64,000 nt of DNA from Octopus vulgaris (lineage: Eukaryota). Numbering within the stretch: position 1 is the stretch's first letter; each line of letters begins with the position of its first letter. The notes beneath the pieces were generated by a model, which searched no databases, was not told the origin of the DNA, and saw nothing but the letters and a program-made list of their open reading frames with translations. Below are positions 29,118 to 42,932 of this stretch, piece after piece. The DNA is taken from the NCBI GenBank assembly GCA_951406725.2, contig OX597815.1, positions 96,596,001 through 96,660,000 of the forward strand, written 5' to 3'. The position numbers and the translations under genes were made by a program.

Positions 29118-29342
29118 ATGTACTTGCATAGCGAGTGACTTGATCTTAGATCGTGTGCTGGAAGGAAAACAATTGCAGCGTGGAAGGTGTTTATAAGCCA
29201 TTTACGAAACACACAAAACCGTTAGATTCACTTCAACATTTAAATTTAATTTGTCAAATAAAATTAAATTAAAATGTTGAAGTGAATCTAACGGTTTTGT
29301 GTGTTTCGTAAATGGCTTATAAACACCTTCCACGCCGCAATT

Positions 29343-29346
<4 letters not shown>
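29114..29346. repeat. Fold-back element in (TA)n with about 86 bp near-perfect inverted arms (29167-29346)
   Basis: AAACAATTGCAGCGTGGAAGG...CTTCAACATTTAAATTTAATTT and its reverse complement, with 2 mismatches and a loop of about 8 nt. Confidence 0.92.
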
Positions 29347-29434
<88 letters not shown>

Positions 29435-29751
29435 GGCATTATATAGATATGTCTTTGCATGTGTTTGCTTTTTAATGTAAGTATGAAGATTTGTTAGGGT
29501 GTTGTTCGGAGTTTCTCTTTACTACCATATTCAAAGGTATTCTATGAAGAAATTGAATGGTATTAAGACACTGATTAGCAATAGCTAGACTGAATTTGTG
29601 AAACATGTTACAAGTATTGTCTACGTTCTCATTGCCGTTAAAAAGCACAAACACACACACGCATAGACGGACATTCACATACCCACGCACACATACACAA
29701 ATATATATACACACATATGTGTGTGTGTATCTTATATACGTCTTTTTCTCT

Positions 29752-29809
<58 letters not shown>

Positions 29810-29842
29810 CAGTGTGTAAAGAGAGAGACGCACATAAAACAG

Positions 29843-29896
<54 letters not shown>

Positions 29897-30558
29897 TATG
29901 ATATATAGAGAATAAGAGAGAGAAAGAGAGCAACATCGAAAGGGAGAGAGTTAAGTTACAGAGATATTATTCACTTGGTCTGAAAAATCTCATGATGCAA
30001 CTAAGTTTATCTCAGCAATTCCCGAACAATAGCATGTTAGGCAGTGTCTACATATATTTTGTAGAGTAATAAATAGTCAGTAACTTGACTGCGAACATTG
30101 TCACCTATATAATTACAATTACCAGACAAGTTTTCAGTTTTAGTTTTTCTTAATCTTTCTTACTGACGATTTCTGTATTGAAAATATACTGTCTTAAAAG
30201 AACAGATGGAATTATTTTATGTGATCTACTCTTTGATTTAGTATGTCTACAAAGAAATAATGAAAGCTTATTCCATGCGAGTCTAAATCCTCTGTTTTGG
30301 CGTTTGTTGCACTCCGTTATTTAACATATGTACCCCGCATTTACGACATTAAGATAATTTGTGTCAAATTTGACTGCTATTTCTCGCAGTTTGTGTGTCT
30401 GTGAGAAGCAACATCATCGGTTCATATTCTGAAATAAAATGCTACACAGTGATCACATGATATAAATAAAAGTCAATTATAGAATTACAGTCAAACACTA
30501 TATAAAATGAATCCATTACGACTTAACAAAATTCACGAGCAAATAATAAAGAGCTTAC

Positions 30559-30637
30559 TCAACTGTTGAATAATTTTGTGATAGCTCTGATTTTGGCTTT
30601 GATACATTTAGACATGTCAGGTCGATCACAGCATCAT
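30559..30637 (-). CDS. Candidate coding exon (79 bp, phase 1-2): (D)DAVIDLTCLNVSKPKSELSQNYSTV
   Basis: TGTTTTCACAATAG acceptor, TGA|GTAAGC donor, single open frame, two N-glycosylation sequons. Confidence 0.45.
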
Positions 30638-31224
30638 CTATTGTGAAAACAGATCATAGCCAATTATGTTTATTAAAAAAGATGAAAGGACAAACATCTC
30701 GATTCCCTAGACGGAACGTTCAACTACAAGACATATATCTATATAGTGCATAATTTTGGCAAGGAAAATGCATTTAGTTTGTCTCTAAATCTACATCATA
30801 TCTTTAAATTGTTTTGATATGTACAGACAATTTCACCAGTTGGTCACTTTCGTTGACTTACATGCAAAATATTCTTAAAACTATCCAAAGTTCTAAATCA
30901 AATATTCAGATATTGTTTCTTTATTGAGTAAACATTCTTCAGATTAGCTGAAGCTTCATAACAAATGATTTTTTCTTATCTAACAACATGTTTTACAGCC
31001 ACAAAAAAAGAAGAAAAAAAAACACTAGTTTTTTTTCTTTTAAGATAAAGTTCTCGTTACATTCAAAGAGTTGAGACATCTACTCGTTTTGATTTATGTC
31101 ATTTAACTTTTATGGCAACTCCTGTTGCATGTATCACTTCTGTTCCTCTAATATTATTCTTAGCTAGAAATACATTTCTGATATTAATCTTCCGTAATTA
31201 CTGTCTGCAATGAACTTTCTTTAC

Positions 31225-31284
31225 CAACTGAAGAAATCTCATAATTATGAGATTCGCCTTGTACTTTAGTAATTCGGTTTTGAC
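31225..31284 (-). CDS. Candidate coding exon (60 bp, phase 1-1): QNRITKVQGESHNYEISSV
   Basis: GTTCGTATTTAG acceptor, TTG|GTAAAG donor; phase-compatible with both neighbouring candidates. Confidence 0.4.
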
Positions 31285-33014
31285 CTAAATACGAACACTG
31301 TATCAAGTAGGCCTGTGGATAAAATTTACTAACAAAAACTGAATGGAAATTCTGACAGACATTAACTCTTCATGGGCTTGATCCATTAAGTCAACCGTCC
31401 AAAGCATAGGTCAACTTGATCTGGCTTCATATCAGTACTGTTTACTTGTTTGTCAATTACTCAGTACATATATTAAAACATTTTGACTTGTAACTTCCAC
31501 CGTCTTGCTGATTCGGCATAAGTTATAGACACTGCACAACCTCCTTTGGCGTGTATCACACATTCACAACTAATACTTTGCAAAAACGCCTTAATTTAGA
31601 ATAAGAAACTATAACATCGCATTTTTCAAAACTATCATAAATTCCATGTATTTTGCTGAAAAAATAGACATTTATGGTCTGACGTTGATCAACAGAATAA
31701 AAAATAATTTTTTCGAAAGATTTGACGACGCACGTTTTACACCTTTTTATTTTAGGGAAAACTTGATATTTGCACAACCCAGTTACCCCTCTCTTTATAC
31801 TATAGATAAAATATTTCTTATTCAAAATAAGTAATATTTATTATCTCATAAGATACTTGGCTTCGGAATTCTACGCAACATTTTCGATTTTTGGTTGAAT
31901 ACATTGCACTTCAGTTACACTGCTTTCGAATGCCTAATGAAAAGATACTAATATTATCTCACGGGATATGTTTTCATTCCCGAAGTAATATTACATAAAG
32001 TTATGACTCTCTATGAATCGAAGTTGTAAACCCAGTCAGCGAACAATAACACATAAAACGTAAAAGTGCTTCTTCCGGTCCATGTTCAGATGTCTTTAAA
32101 TGTTTTGTTGAATGCTATTCGAGAAACCTTACTCCATTTAATTATGTGGAGTCTTTTGAAGAATTCTTTTCATCCGAGAAAAGCTAAAAGCTTTTTCACG
32201 CATTTCCATGGAGAATTTCTTAATGGTTGAACGAATATCTTTGATTCAAAGCTCTCAATAATCTTTGTCTATATCAGAAAATAGGAAGACAATATCCAAG
32301 ATAATTAATTACTAACGTCTTCCGTGATATTTTATTTCTGTGTTTCAGGTTTTCGATTTACTTGGAACAAAGCTGTTAAATATGCATTCATGTTGTGTTT
32401 TCTATTGTTTATAAATAAGTATATATACTAACGCTATCAAACAATAATTCCTCCCTTTAGAAATCTGCCAATTTTTATAAGATAATGGTGAATAGTGGGA
32501 TGACACAATCTTCCAAAGGTAATATATTTTTTCCTTCGAATTCTAAAGGAGTGGAGATCGAATGATATAATGATTGGAAAGGACCTGAAAAGAGGATTTT
32601 AAAAAATGCTCCTAAACACGTAATTAAAAACAAGTCCTACTCTATATTTTTTTTATTGTTAAAGACATTTCACTGGAGTGCTATATTATGGAATTCAAAA
32701 ATTTTACAACCATATAATAAGCCTCGACAGCTAGTAAGCGTATGTAGTAAAACACTGATAGAAGTTGTTCTGCAGAGGCAGTGTTAAGAAGTTAACTAAA
32801 CACAAAAACAGAATGAATGAGGACAGAATTCTCGTACCTGTCAATGAAAGTTAATAGTAAATGAAACTACGTTCTCTCATAGTAAATGCCAAAAAGGGTC
32901 AATATTTTATTGTGCCTGATTGGTAAAATGTAAGATTAACACTATAACACTTCTGACAAAGACGAATCTGTTGAATTGTCAGCATAAGTTCAATAGTAAT
33001 CCATACGGCTCAAA

Positions 33015-33230
33015 ATTAGTTTCAAACTATGGCACAAGGCCAGCAATTTTACAGTGAGCTTAAGTCGATGCATAGATCCTAGGACTCGAGTGGTTCATTT
33101 TCTATCCATCCCGAAGAAATGAAAGAGGTAGTCGACCTCGGCGGAATTTTAATTCAGGACGCCAAGTCTGACGAAATGCCTCTAAAAATTATACCATGAT
33201 TACTAACAGTTCTGCCATTTCGCAGCCTTC
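33015..33230 (-). mobile_element. Family A SINE, reverse copy
   Basis: GGCACAAGGCCAGCAATTT...GTCGACCTCGGCGGAATTT...TTCTGCCA is the reverse complement of family A. Confidence 0.75.
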
Positions 33231-34474
33231 ATACAACCCAATATGTAAAAAATATATATTTCACTCAGGAAAAAATTAGTCGTTGAGAAGGTAAATTTGT
33301 ATCACAAAAAAAGTGCATATTGCTAAATATACCACTTTGATTTACCATGTTTAAATATAATGTAATTAATTGGCAAAATGGCATAGTTTGGGACTAATCG
33401 ATTTCTTTCGTTTGTCTTTTGTGCTCAAATAGCGCTAATGTCTAATTTGCCTTATATTATCACAGAGTTTATATGAATTTTGTTTGGAAATCTATGAGAA
33501 CGGCTGTAGCAGTACTAAACATGTTTGCGGTCCTACATTTATAAATTTTTATATAACGTGGCAACCCTATGTAGGCATACTGCAAAATAACGTTTTCCCG
33601 AAATCATTAATTGCGTAAAAAGAAAATAAAATTAAATGGTGTAGACATAGACACTCCCCCAAAATATGATACTCATTGCTAGGCTGATTTTGGTCATAGG
33701 TATAGTTATTGTGAGCTGTCCTAACTAAGGACCAGTAGCTAATTTATCTGAAAATTATGAACCTCTCTCCGAAAGGGAAGTGGAACACTCAATAAAATGC
33801 ATGGATTTTTATGAACTGAAGAGTAGCAAATGATAAATGCAAATTTAGTTTAATCTGAAATCGTACTGCGAAACACTGCAATTAGCATAATGTAAATCAT
33901 TCACGTTCAGTTCATTTTATATCGATCAGCTCCTTTGAATTTTGCCTACAAAATTGTTGCAGGTTTCGAAATCATTTCATTTACGTGTACATTTACATTG
34001 TTGCATTTCGCTCACCGATTCATATTTCTATGTGTTTTGGCATATATATTGTGATAGCTGTACCCATGTCATGTTCATATTGATTGTTAATAAGGAATAG
34101 GTCGTTGAACTCGATGATAATTAATTACAGTAATTAATCCATTAGTCCCGGTTCTTTGAAAATCTACGCACTATTCCTCAAGACTGAATAGAATATAGTA
34201 GGCGTTTAATCCACATGCAAGCTGCGCCTAAGATAATGATCAATACTTTGATATATCTCACAATAATGGTGAATACGACGACACATGCTGTTGCTGCTGA
34301 AATTTCAACTCTTTATTCAATTAGGAAGGCGAATAAATAATGTAGAGCAGCGTTAATTTAAACGCAAGAAATTCTCTAAAATATTTGCCAATTGAATTCC
34401 AAATGAAAAGTAATTTTGAGATCTAAAAGAATGTTTACGTTTAGAAACTTAATGTAAATGAAATGTAACAACAA

Positions 34475-34516
<42 letters not shown>

Positions 34517-35429
34517 CATTTGTATATATATATATTTCATTTGTGTTTGAAATTTAGAAATGAGAAAAATACAAGAAATTGTGGCGTACCTGATTCAACT
34601 CAAAATCGTTTTGACGTACATAAAACAGTTTCAGAATATAAAGAAGCAAAAACAAAAAATATGTATTGATCCATAAATATACATCAGAATATTAAGCCTA
34701 AAATTTTCTGATTTACTATATTAAAATCATTGGAGTGTGGACATCGGACAGATTCTAATTGTATTAATTAGCAGCGTGTCTTTACGATTCAAATGAAATT
34801 CAACCGAAGTAAAATTTACTTATCAACCTTACGGGAGCTATAAGAAAATGTGGATATCTTGTATATATTACTCTATTTCGGCCTTCCTATTTTTCTAGGC
34901 GAGTGCATATGCAAGCTGTATTTACAAAGCATATGCAAGCTGTATGTATCACGTGAAGGGCAAATGAAATTATATCGACACAAAATCTTCACTGATGTTT
35001 AACTTATCGTCTCTCATTGCATGAAAGGCTCAATTATCATCGGCTGGTTTAGGATTCAAGGAGTAAATGATAGTAATATTTTCCCTGCGTTCAAATGATA
35101 TTGCAACATATCGTATATTCATATTTAGTTCCAGTAAATACATAACACCATAGTAATAGTAAATCGTAATAATTATAACTGTAGTACTTAGCATATATGT
35201 AGATTATCCCGAAGATTTGGAAACCTGGTAAACATTCACAGAGAAATAAAAAAGGTGTTTTTCTAAAAAAAAATGGTGTTTTTCTAAAGCTATATAACTG
35301 ATTACAAAGAATTTTATAATTTTGTTTTGCGTCACTAAAGAATACACACACACACACACATACACACACACACACACACATACACACACATACACACACA
35401 CACACACTCACTCACACGCACGCACACAC

Positions 35430-35471
<42 letters not shown>

Positions 35472-36734
35472 TCAAACACCACACTTAAAAAAAATCGTGT
35501 GCGTATATCGTCAGTTTTTTTGAATCCACATTTCCGAAATATACCGTATTTGCCGATATGTAGTCAGATTCGGCATATAGGGCAACCTAAGTGTTTTAGA
35601 CTCAAATTATTAGTTTTTAATATTACTGGGATATAGGACATTGCATCGCAAAAATCGATCGATCTCGGGAATAATTTCAGTTTAAGAAATATGAAAGAAC
35701 CTCAACAGAATCTTCGCAAATCATGAATTTACAGTTCTTCATGCAGCACTTACATCGAATCGGTAAGTACTGCATGAAGTTCTCAAAACTAAAGACTGTA
35801 CTTTTAGTGGTCATGCCTGCACTCATTTAAAAGTCAGGAAAATACCGCTATGTTAGTACCAAGTCATGACAATTGTTCAGTAATTGTCTAATACTTGTGT
35901 CAATAGATTCTGGCTGTTTGCCGGTGGTTTACATACATAAATACATACATACATAAATACATACATACATACTTACATTCATACATACATACACACATGC
36001 ATGCATGCATACATACATGCAAGCTTACATTCATACATACATACATATATACATACATGCAGTCATACATACATACATACATACATACATACATGCATAC
36101 ATACATACATATATAAACTAGTACATATGTAGTGTCTTCAAGATCAAAAAGAAAAAACAAATTTTTAAGAGAGTTTTGTATATACTTTAATTAAAAACAT
36201 TAAAAAGCATGTGACATCTGTGAGCTTTTGGGTAGTAGTTCTGTCCCAATTAGTTTATTATTGATTTCCTTATTCACGATGACGTACTCAATCATTCTCT
36301 ATGGATTAAGAATACATCTTAAGAACAATTCATCAATGGCTGGCACATAATCCGAGATAAGTTCTGTATGATTAAAACCTGGGATCACATTTTCGGATTA
36401 TATGCACTCACAGATAGTATACTGCGAAAGAAAAAATCAAAATATTGAATTGTCTAATTTTGTAGGACTGGCTGATATTCCATTCATTCCAGATATGTTT
36501 CGTATCTTCAGACATCATTTAAATATTTTTTATTAATGGTTTCTGAGTTATAAACAATGCCTGCAGCTTTGAGGGATTCTAGTGATTACCTCGATCTCAA
36601 TACTTTACTTATGCGTCACTTTTTCGAACCTGTAGGTAGCAAAGGAAAGTTTAACGAGTCGGGATTTGAACTCTGAACATAAAATGATGGAGGAAATAAT
36701 TAAAGCATTTCTTTCGAAAGTGGAAGCATTATGT

Positions 36735-37110
36735 CTGTTCACCTCATCAGTCATGAGTCTTAATCATTTTCGTACGATTCTGCTGTCAATGACAACATGA
36801 TGTGTTTCTCAATTTAAGAACTAAGTAGTCATCTTGACTTTGTTCTGTATAAGATTCATAAACATCACGCCATTTATTTTCCTACCCTGTTTTTCTTGCT
36901 TCCTCTGTCCTACGCATATTCTTAATTCGTAAACGATAATCGATATTGTTCTGTCTAATATATATGGAGAGATCTTCTGTGAGTGCCATATATTTGTTTG
37001 TTCTTAAGGTTTTCTCTCACTTTCACTGCCATGATACCAACAGATTTCAATACCATTTCCATTTCAGTTCCATTTATTCTGTAGGTTCTTCTTAAGAATG
37101 TTTTGGCGCT
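36735..37110 (-). mobile_element. Highly degraded RTE-like LINE fragment
   Basis: Broken translation (..AVKVRENL..YGTHRRSLHIY*TEQ..LIQNKV..) loosely follows the post-RT region of RTE. Confidence 0.35.
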
Positions 37111-37256
37111 TTAGATTAAACCAACGAATACAGAAATATATAACCTTACATACATACATAACCACATTACCAACATCGTTATAAATGCGGACGTAATTTG
37201 AATATCATATATCCCATGTGCTGGTGGTATATGTATGTGTGTGTGCACATATATGC

Positions 37257-37305
<49 letters not shown>

Positions 37306-37399
37306 TGATACATATATATATATATATATTATTCTCAAAGAAATTCCAACTTAGATTTTCACGTTTTATTTACAATCTTATAATAATATATTATAAGGT

Positions 37400-37760
37400 A
37401 ATATAAATGATAGAATATTGAATCTACATTCTGATTGAACTAGGACTTTCATCCATCTTCAGGTTCATATAGTAGTGCTGACAGTAATGTTTTTAGAATT
37501 CCCAACCATGTATCTTAAATACATCTGTATAGGCTCCAGAATGTTCAATTTTGTAAACTATATTCTGAATATATTCTGCGTGCATTTACTAAATTACGTA
37601 AGTTGATTGGTGTTTGATTTAGGAATCACAGGTTTTTTAACCTGTCAAGAGACCTGTATTTTAACTCTGCTCAAAGCAGTAATTGTTTGGCTATGTTTAT
37701 TGTTTGGAAATGTTTATTATTGGTAATGGTTGTATTATTATTATTATTGTTTATTTAGCT
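37400..37760 (-). mobile_element. Possible degraded Penelope-like relic
   Basis: Minus strand has an Asn-rich stretch, then NIVYKIE...KI(H/Y) and a CCTGAAGATG hammerhead-like start. Confidence 0.3.
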
Positions 37761-37919
37761 TGGGTTGGAATTTACTAATACATACATTTACTAATGTATA
37801 TATACACACACAAAATACTTTCCTGGAATATAAAAGAACTCTTCGTTCTGGGATATATGATATACACCTATTATTCCCTTTGGTGTTCGTATAGTGTTAA
37901 CATAGTGCTCATTACGCTC

Positions 37920-38118
37920 CTGAATGTCTTATGTTATAAAATCGTTAGTACCATACATCTGACAGTTGGAATATAAACTAGTCTGGTTACTAATCTTCTG
38001 ACATCATGGGATATGAAATACGGAACATAGTACTTATCTGACAGTCTTAAGTTATAAAATGTATTATTACCACACATCTGACAGTGTTGCAATATAAAAT
38101 ATTGTTATTACTACGTGT
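37920..38118. repeat. Degenerate minisatellite with a 39-40 bp unit, about 5 copies
   Basis: CTGACA(G)...TATAAAAT...TAC recurs at about 39-40 bp spacing. Confidence 0.65.
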
Positions 38119-39240
38119 AATGTATTCCTGAAATTTTGCTGAATTTTTATGATTTGTATTCTGAAACTAACTACCATTAAAGCGATTTATTACTTATTAT
38201 TTGGAGGTTTGCTGTGGTACAAAAACCATATTTAGTATAGATATTCCTTTACATGGTCACACCTAATAGTGTTTATTTACTCAACGCTTCCGTATGTCTC
38301 AGCCATCTAAGTTAGTCAAGCACTCGTAAAACCATGCTTTGCCTGATAGATCTGAAAGACCGAAGCTTATCAGGACTTTTTAACGATCTTGCTACAATAA
38401 CAGCTTCTCTCCAATGTATGTCACCATTGATTTTCTCAAAAATTTAAACGAGTTAAAAGTTTATGTTTTCCAGTCTTTCTTGATGAAAGTTAATTGCGTA
38501 GGTTTTGGTTCATTCTTTTATAATTCTGTGATGGTCACGCTTTGGTATACTATATGGTCTAAATGAGCATCCACATAATTGATTTTCGTTCAATGCAGGA
38601 GACACTTTGCATTGTTTCCATACGTATTATTTGCACCTTCTAATTCTACATCTTATAAATATCCCCTGAATTTACGTCAATTTTTTCATTTGTTTTACTA
38701 GTTATTTCATGATAATATGTTCAAAATTTCAGCCAAACAGAATTATACGAGTAAATCTTCTTCGAAACAGAATAACACAGGAGCAATATTCAGCTTTGCA
38801 TATATACTAGATAAAGATCTTTATTGAACGGATATCAATTCATATTTTCAGAGAGTGAAACCCACGAATGAATCATTTTTGTGTAGTCTTTGTATAAGCA
38901 AATCTTAGTTCGTCAATAACGTTAGTTTATGATATACTCAGAGGTGGAAAAGTAGCGCGTATGAAAGTTTTAGAAAGCTCTGTGATATGTTAAAGAGGGG
39001 ATAAGGTTTCCGAATACTCGATACCTGGCACAAATGTCTGAAATGCAGCTAATTTTATTACAATCACTAACTGGCGTCGGGCAGAACAGAGATTGTAAAA
39101 TGAGAATAAGCTTTTTAAAATGATCTGGGAAAATAGAACGAAGGTCACTCTATTTGATACAATACATGTGGCTAGAAATCAATATACCAATTCCTTTGTG
39201 GATAAGTGGAAACAAGAGAGAAAAGACGAGAACTACTCAC

Positions 39241-39272
39241 AAGTTGAAACATATCTCTCAATGGAATGCCAG
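39241..39272 (-). CDS. Candidate coding micro-exon (32 bp, phase 2-1): (S)WHSIERYVST
   Basis: ATCTCTTTATCAG acceptor, CTT|GTGAGT donor; bridges the ATG exon (phase 2) to exon 31225-31284 (phase 1). Confidence 0.4.
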
Positions 39273-39624
39273 CTGATAAAGAGATGATAATCGAAATGAT
39301 ATACTTCATCGATGGTGTAGTATAATAACGAGTGTGTTTGCTGTATCAGGATATCATTTCTAAAAGGATTGCATTATTGTTGTTCGTAAGCGCACATCGA
39401 TAGTGCCTTTCACTATGCTTCAAATTTAAAATAAATATTTGTATTTTAATCCTAGTTAAACGAACAAGAATTATATCGATCCTTATATACCGGCGGTCCT
39501 GCTACGTGAAGTACACATATATATGATTGCACAACAGCACGCACGTAGCACATTCAATCTTATATGAGTGTGGATATATACAGGTGTGCGTGTGTGCATG
39601 TATATATGTCTCTGTGAAAGACAT

Positions 39625-40125
39625 CAGCTTCTCAGCCACACGGTTCCGCGTTCACTTCCACTGCGTGGTAGTTTGGGAAAAGGTCTTCTCCGATAACCTC
39701 GGGGCGACCAAAATGTTGGAAATTGATTTGATTGAAAGAATCGAAAAGAATCTTGTCGTATGTCCATCAATTTATCCATCCACCAATCCATCCATCCATC
39801 CATCCTTCCACCCATTTATCCATCCATACATCCATCCATACATACATGCTTACATACATATATACGTAGATACACATACACACAGTTACATAAATGCGTG
39901 CATGTATATTTGCGTGTCTTTGTATCTGCGTGTTCCCCACCTCAACGCCTGACAACCACTGTTGGTTTGTTTGCGCTTCTGCAAATTAACGGTTCGGGGA
40001 AAAAATCAATAGAGTAAGTGTGTGGCATCAAAATATAAGTCGGTCAACTTATCGGATCAAAAACTTTAAGTTGGACTCCCAGCATGATAGCAGTCCGACG
40101 ACTGAAAAAGAAAACTAAAATATAG
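39625..40125 (+). mobile_element. Degraded SINE family B
   Basis: GTTCACTTCCACTGCGTGG...; tail CTCCCAGCATGATAGCAGTCCGACGACTGAAAA. Confidence 0.65.
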
Positions 40126-40511
40126 AAGATAAAATATTCATATGTTCATACATATTTAAATATATAAATCTAAAATAGAATACATTTTTCAATTATCTGC
40201 TCAAGATGCTGTCAGAATGCTATTAAGGCGAGAGTCCAACCTTTAGTTACCAACTGTAGAACATTAGAAAACCTTCATATATCTAGAGGAACCGAGAGCA
40301 TCATTGTAGAACTTGGAGTATATTTAAATATGTGGAAAGATACTGAAATTTCATTATATTCTGTGTCGAAAATGTTCATGAAAATATTGGTAGTTAATCC
40401 AGTCTGTAATTATAATGTTTTCTTGTGATTTGAAAGCAGTCCAAATAAGAATATACTTGTGATGAATTACGTAATATGTATGTCTATATATATGTATATA
40501 TGTATATATAT

Positions 40512-41245
40512 GATGCAACCTTTCATGTGCATGTTGCTAAATTGGCAATGAAATGTAGGCGGCTGACCGGATGGATTCTTAGAACCTTTAGAACAAGAGA
40601 CCAGGAAACCATGATGGTCCTCTGGAGGACACTTATCCTAAGCCACTTTGACTATTGCTCTCAGCTATGGTCACCATCAAGTGTCAAGTTAATCATAGAA
40701 CTTGAGGCGATCCAACGAAGCTACACGAAGAAGATAGCCTCTGTGCAGCATATAAGCTACTGGGAAAGACTCAAGAGATTAAGACTCTATTCCTTAGAGC
40801 GTAGGCGAGAAAGATATGCCATAATATACATCTGGAAGATCCTAGAAGAACTTGTCCCAAACTTTGGCATCGAGAGTTACACAAATGCTAGAACTGGGCG
40901 CCACTGCGTAGTGCCAAGGACTCCAAATTTGCCATGAAGATGTAGAACAAGATACTGTGATAGCCTGGGCTTCAGAGGCCCACATCTCTTCAATATCCTC
41001 CCGAAGAAGCTGAGAGACCTGGGGGGTGGATTCAGATGTCTTTAAAATAAAACTGGATTTCTTCCTGACAGATGTCCCAGATGAACCAACTTCACGGCAG
41101 GAGGTGCAGATGAGGGTAGCTGCATCGAACTCTCTCATGCACCAAATGGCAGTTGCTAAAAAGCATTCGTGAAGTAAAATTATGTAGCAACACCAAATGA
41201 CGGTGCCCCAGCATGGCCACAGCTCGTGAGCTAAACTAGATTTTA
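40512..41245 (+). mobile_element. 5'-truncated CR1/L2-group LINE (ORF2 C-terminus plus 3' end)
   Basis: GWILRTF..SHFDYCSQLWSP..LEAIQRSYTKKI..SYWERLKRLRLYSLERRRERY..GPHLFNILP..FKIKLDFFLTDVPDEP; one internal stop and a frameshift. Confidence 0.92.
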
Positions 41246-41639
41246 AAAACATATAAAGAAAAGGAAAATTTAACCAAGGCAGGAGGAGCATCTCAGGTCC
41301 TTTAGAATATCTAATTAGAGTAATGTGAATCAAAAATGAGGAGTAGAAGCAATTACTTCTATTTTTCTGTTTCTGATTCACCTTTCAGTAATTAAATATT
41401 CTAAATGACGAGACATGCTCGTCCTGGCTTGGTTTAGTTCTCCTTTAATATATACTTACTGACTCGGAGGCCTATTACAGATGGCTAGCTCCCGACTCAG
41501 CTGTGAGCTTGGAACCTAACGGATGACCAATTATAACACTTACGCAACGTACCTATTCGTTTAGATCATCAGGAAAATAAACTCATCATTACATATATAC
41601 ATATATATATATATATATATCATAGGCAATGATCCTGTG

Positions 41640-42280
41640 TAGCTCTGCGTCGGCAAGACTTGAAAAAACATAGAAAAAATGAAAGGGGTACAATGAACAT
41701 TCCGTGGGGAGTGGAATATCCAACGTTTGGGGTTCTGCCTTCATCAGGGTTTAGAGAAAAAAGATAAGTGGAAGAAAGACAAAGAGAGTTTACATCCTCT
41801 CAGGCTGAGAAGCTGGTTGCAACTAACAATAGACTCAGGGTAAGACGGGCTGCTAACGTGAAACAGAAGTTATCGGAAAATTAAGAGGAGGTGAAAGATG
41901 AAAGGGAAAACGATCATTCATACCTGTCGGGGACATAGTCCCAAGATCAAGTATGAGACGTTGCTTCTTTCGTTTCCTAGAGATGTGGTGTCCATGGTGC
42001 TATGCCTGGCTACATAATGATAAATCTGCAATAGAATGATTCAGTGGCGCTAGTTTGACCAGGCAAGCGTAGCAATATGCTTCTGATGTGTTCGCGAAAG
42101 CGATCCCCGAGGCATTGCTTCTCCATTGTAAAGCGAGTCGCAGAGTCTGCATATGATGCAATACATGAGATTCGCTGAAGTACAACAGAAGGGGTGTGTT
42201 ATGTGATATTCCTTCCTGGGCCCCGTGATGGTGGTAATATTGTTGATGTAGGGGCAAGTGTTTCATCGTCGACGATAACA
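41640..42280 (-). mobile_element. Penelope-like element (Neptune-type) 3' part: Cys linker, GIY-YIG domain and hammerhead (41718-41752)
   Basis: CYRRR*NTCPYINNITTITGP..FCCTSANLMYCIICRLCDSLYNGE..LGDRFREH..QRLILDLGTMSPTGMN; downstream CCCTGATGAAGGC..CC(C)AAACGTTGG; flanked by TA/CA repeats. Confidence 0.88.
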
Positions 42281-42362
42281 TTAAACGATATAGATATATG
42301 TATATATACACACACACACACACACACACATAATACAAACATACACATACACACACATATAA

Positions 42363-42423
<61 letters not shown>

Positions 42424-42866
42424 CATATAATTCATTTACTATAGAACTCAAAATAGATAAAGCAATAAAAAATACCAGGTGAATATTGGGTTAAAAACCT
42501 TTTGGGATTGAAAAATCGAAGACTGTATGTGGGACTGGAACCCATATCTTTTGTGAAACTGATTGACCTAGATATGTATTCACGCAACCATTCAAAAACA
42601 TATATCTTTTAGAAGCTTTCTTGTTACCAATGAGAATTGTTTGTACAGTGATCAGTAGACAGGGTTATACTAGAGGGCGAGAGTTGAACAAATAAGATAT
42701 TAACGCAAAAGATATAATGCAGAATTGTCACATTTCGGACGCTAGTTTTTCACCATATAAAAAAGAAAAAAATGTAGAGAAAGACAGAGAGAGAGAGAGA
42801 CAGAGAGATAGACAGAAGTGAGAGACACAGAGTGAGGAGAGAGAGATATCGAGAGGGTGAGAGATG

Positions 42867-42932
<66 letters not shown>

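Noticed and set aside
31646-32230. Possible hAT transposase remnants (IKNNFFERFDD; EKAFSFSRMKRI)
   Set aside because: The two motifs lie on opposite strands and are too short; no TIRs were linked to them.
32133-32268. Minus-strand segment with good acceptor and GTAAGG donor
   Set aside because: Stop codons in all three frames.
33559-35590. GGCAACC(C)TA motifs resembling hAT termini
   Set aside because: Both are in the same orientation, with no matching opposite end or 8-bp target duplication found.
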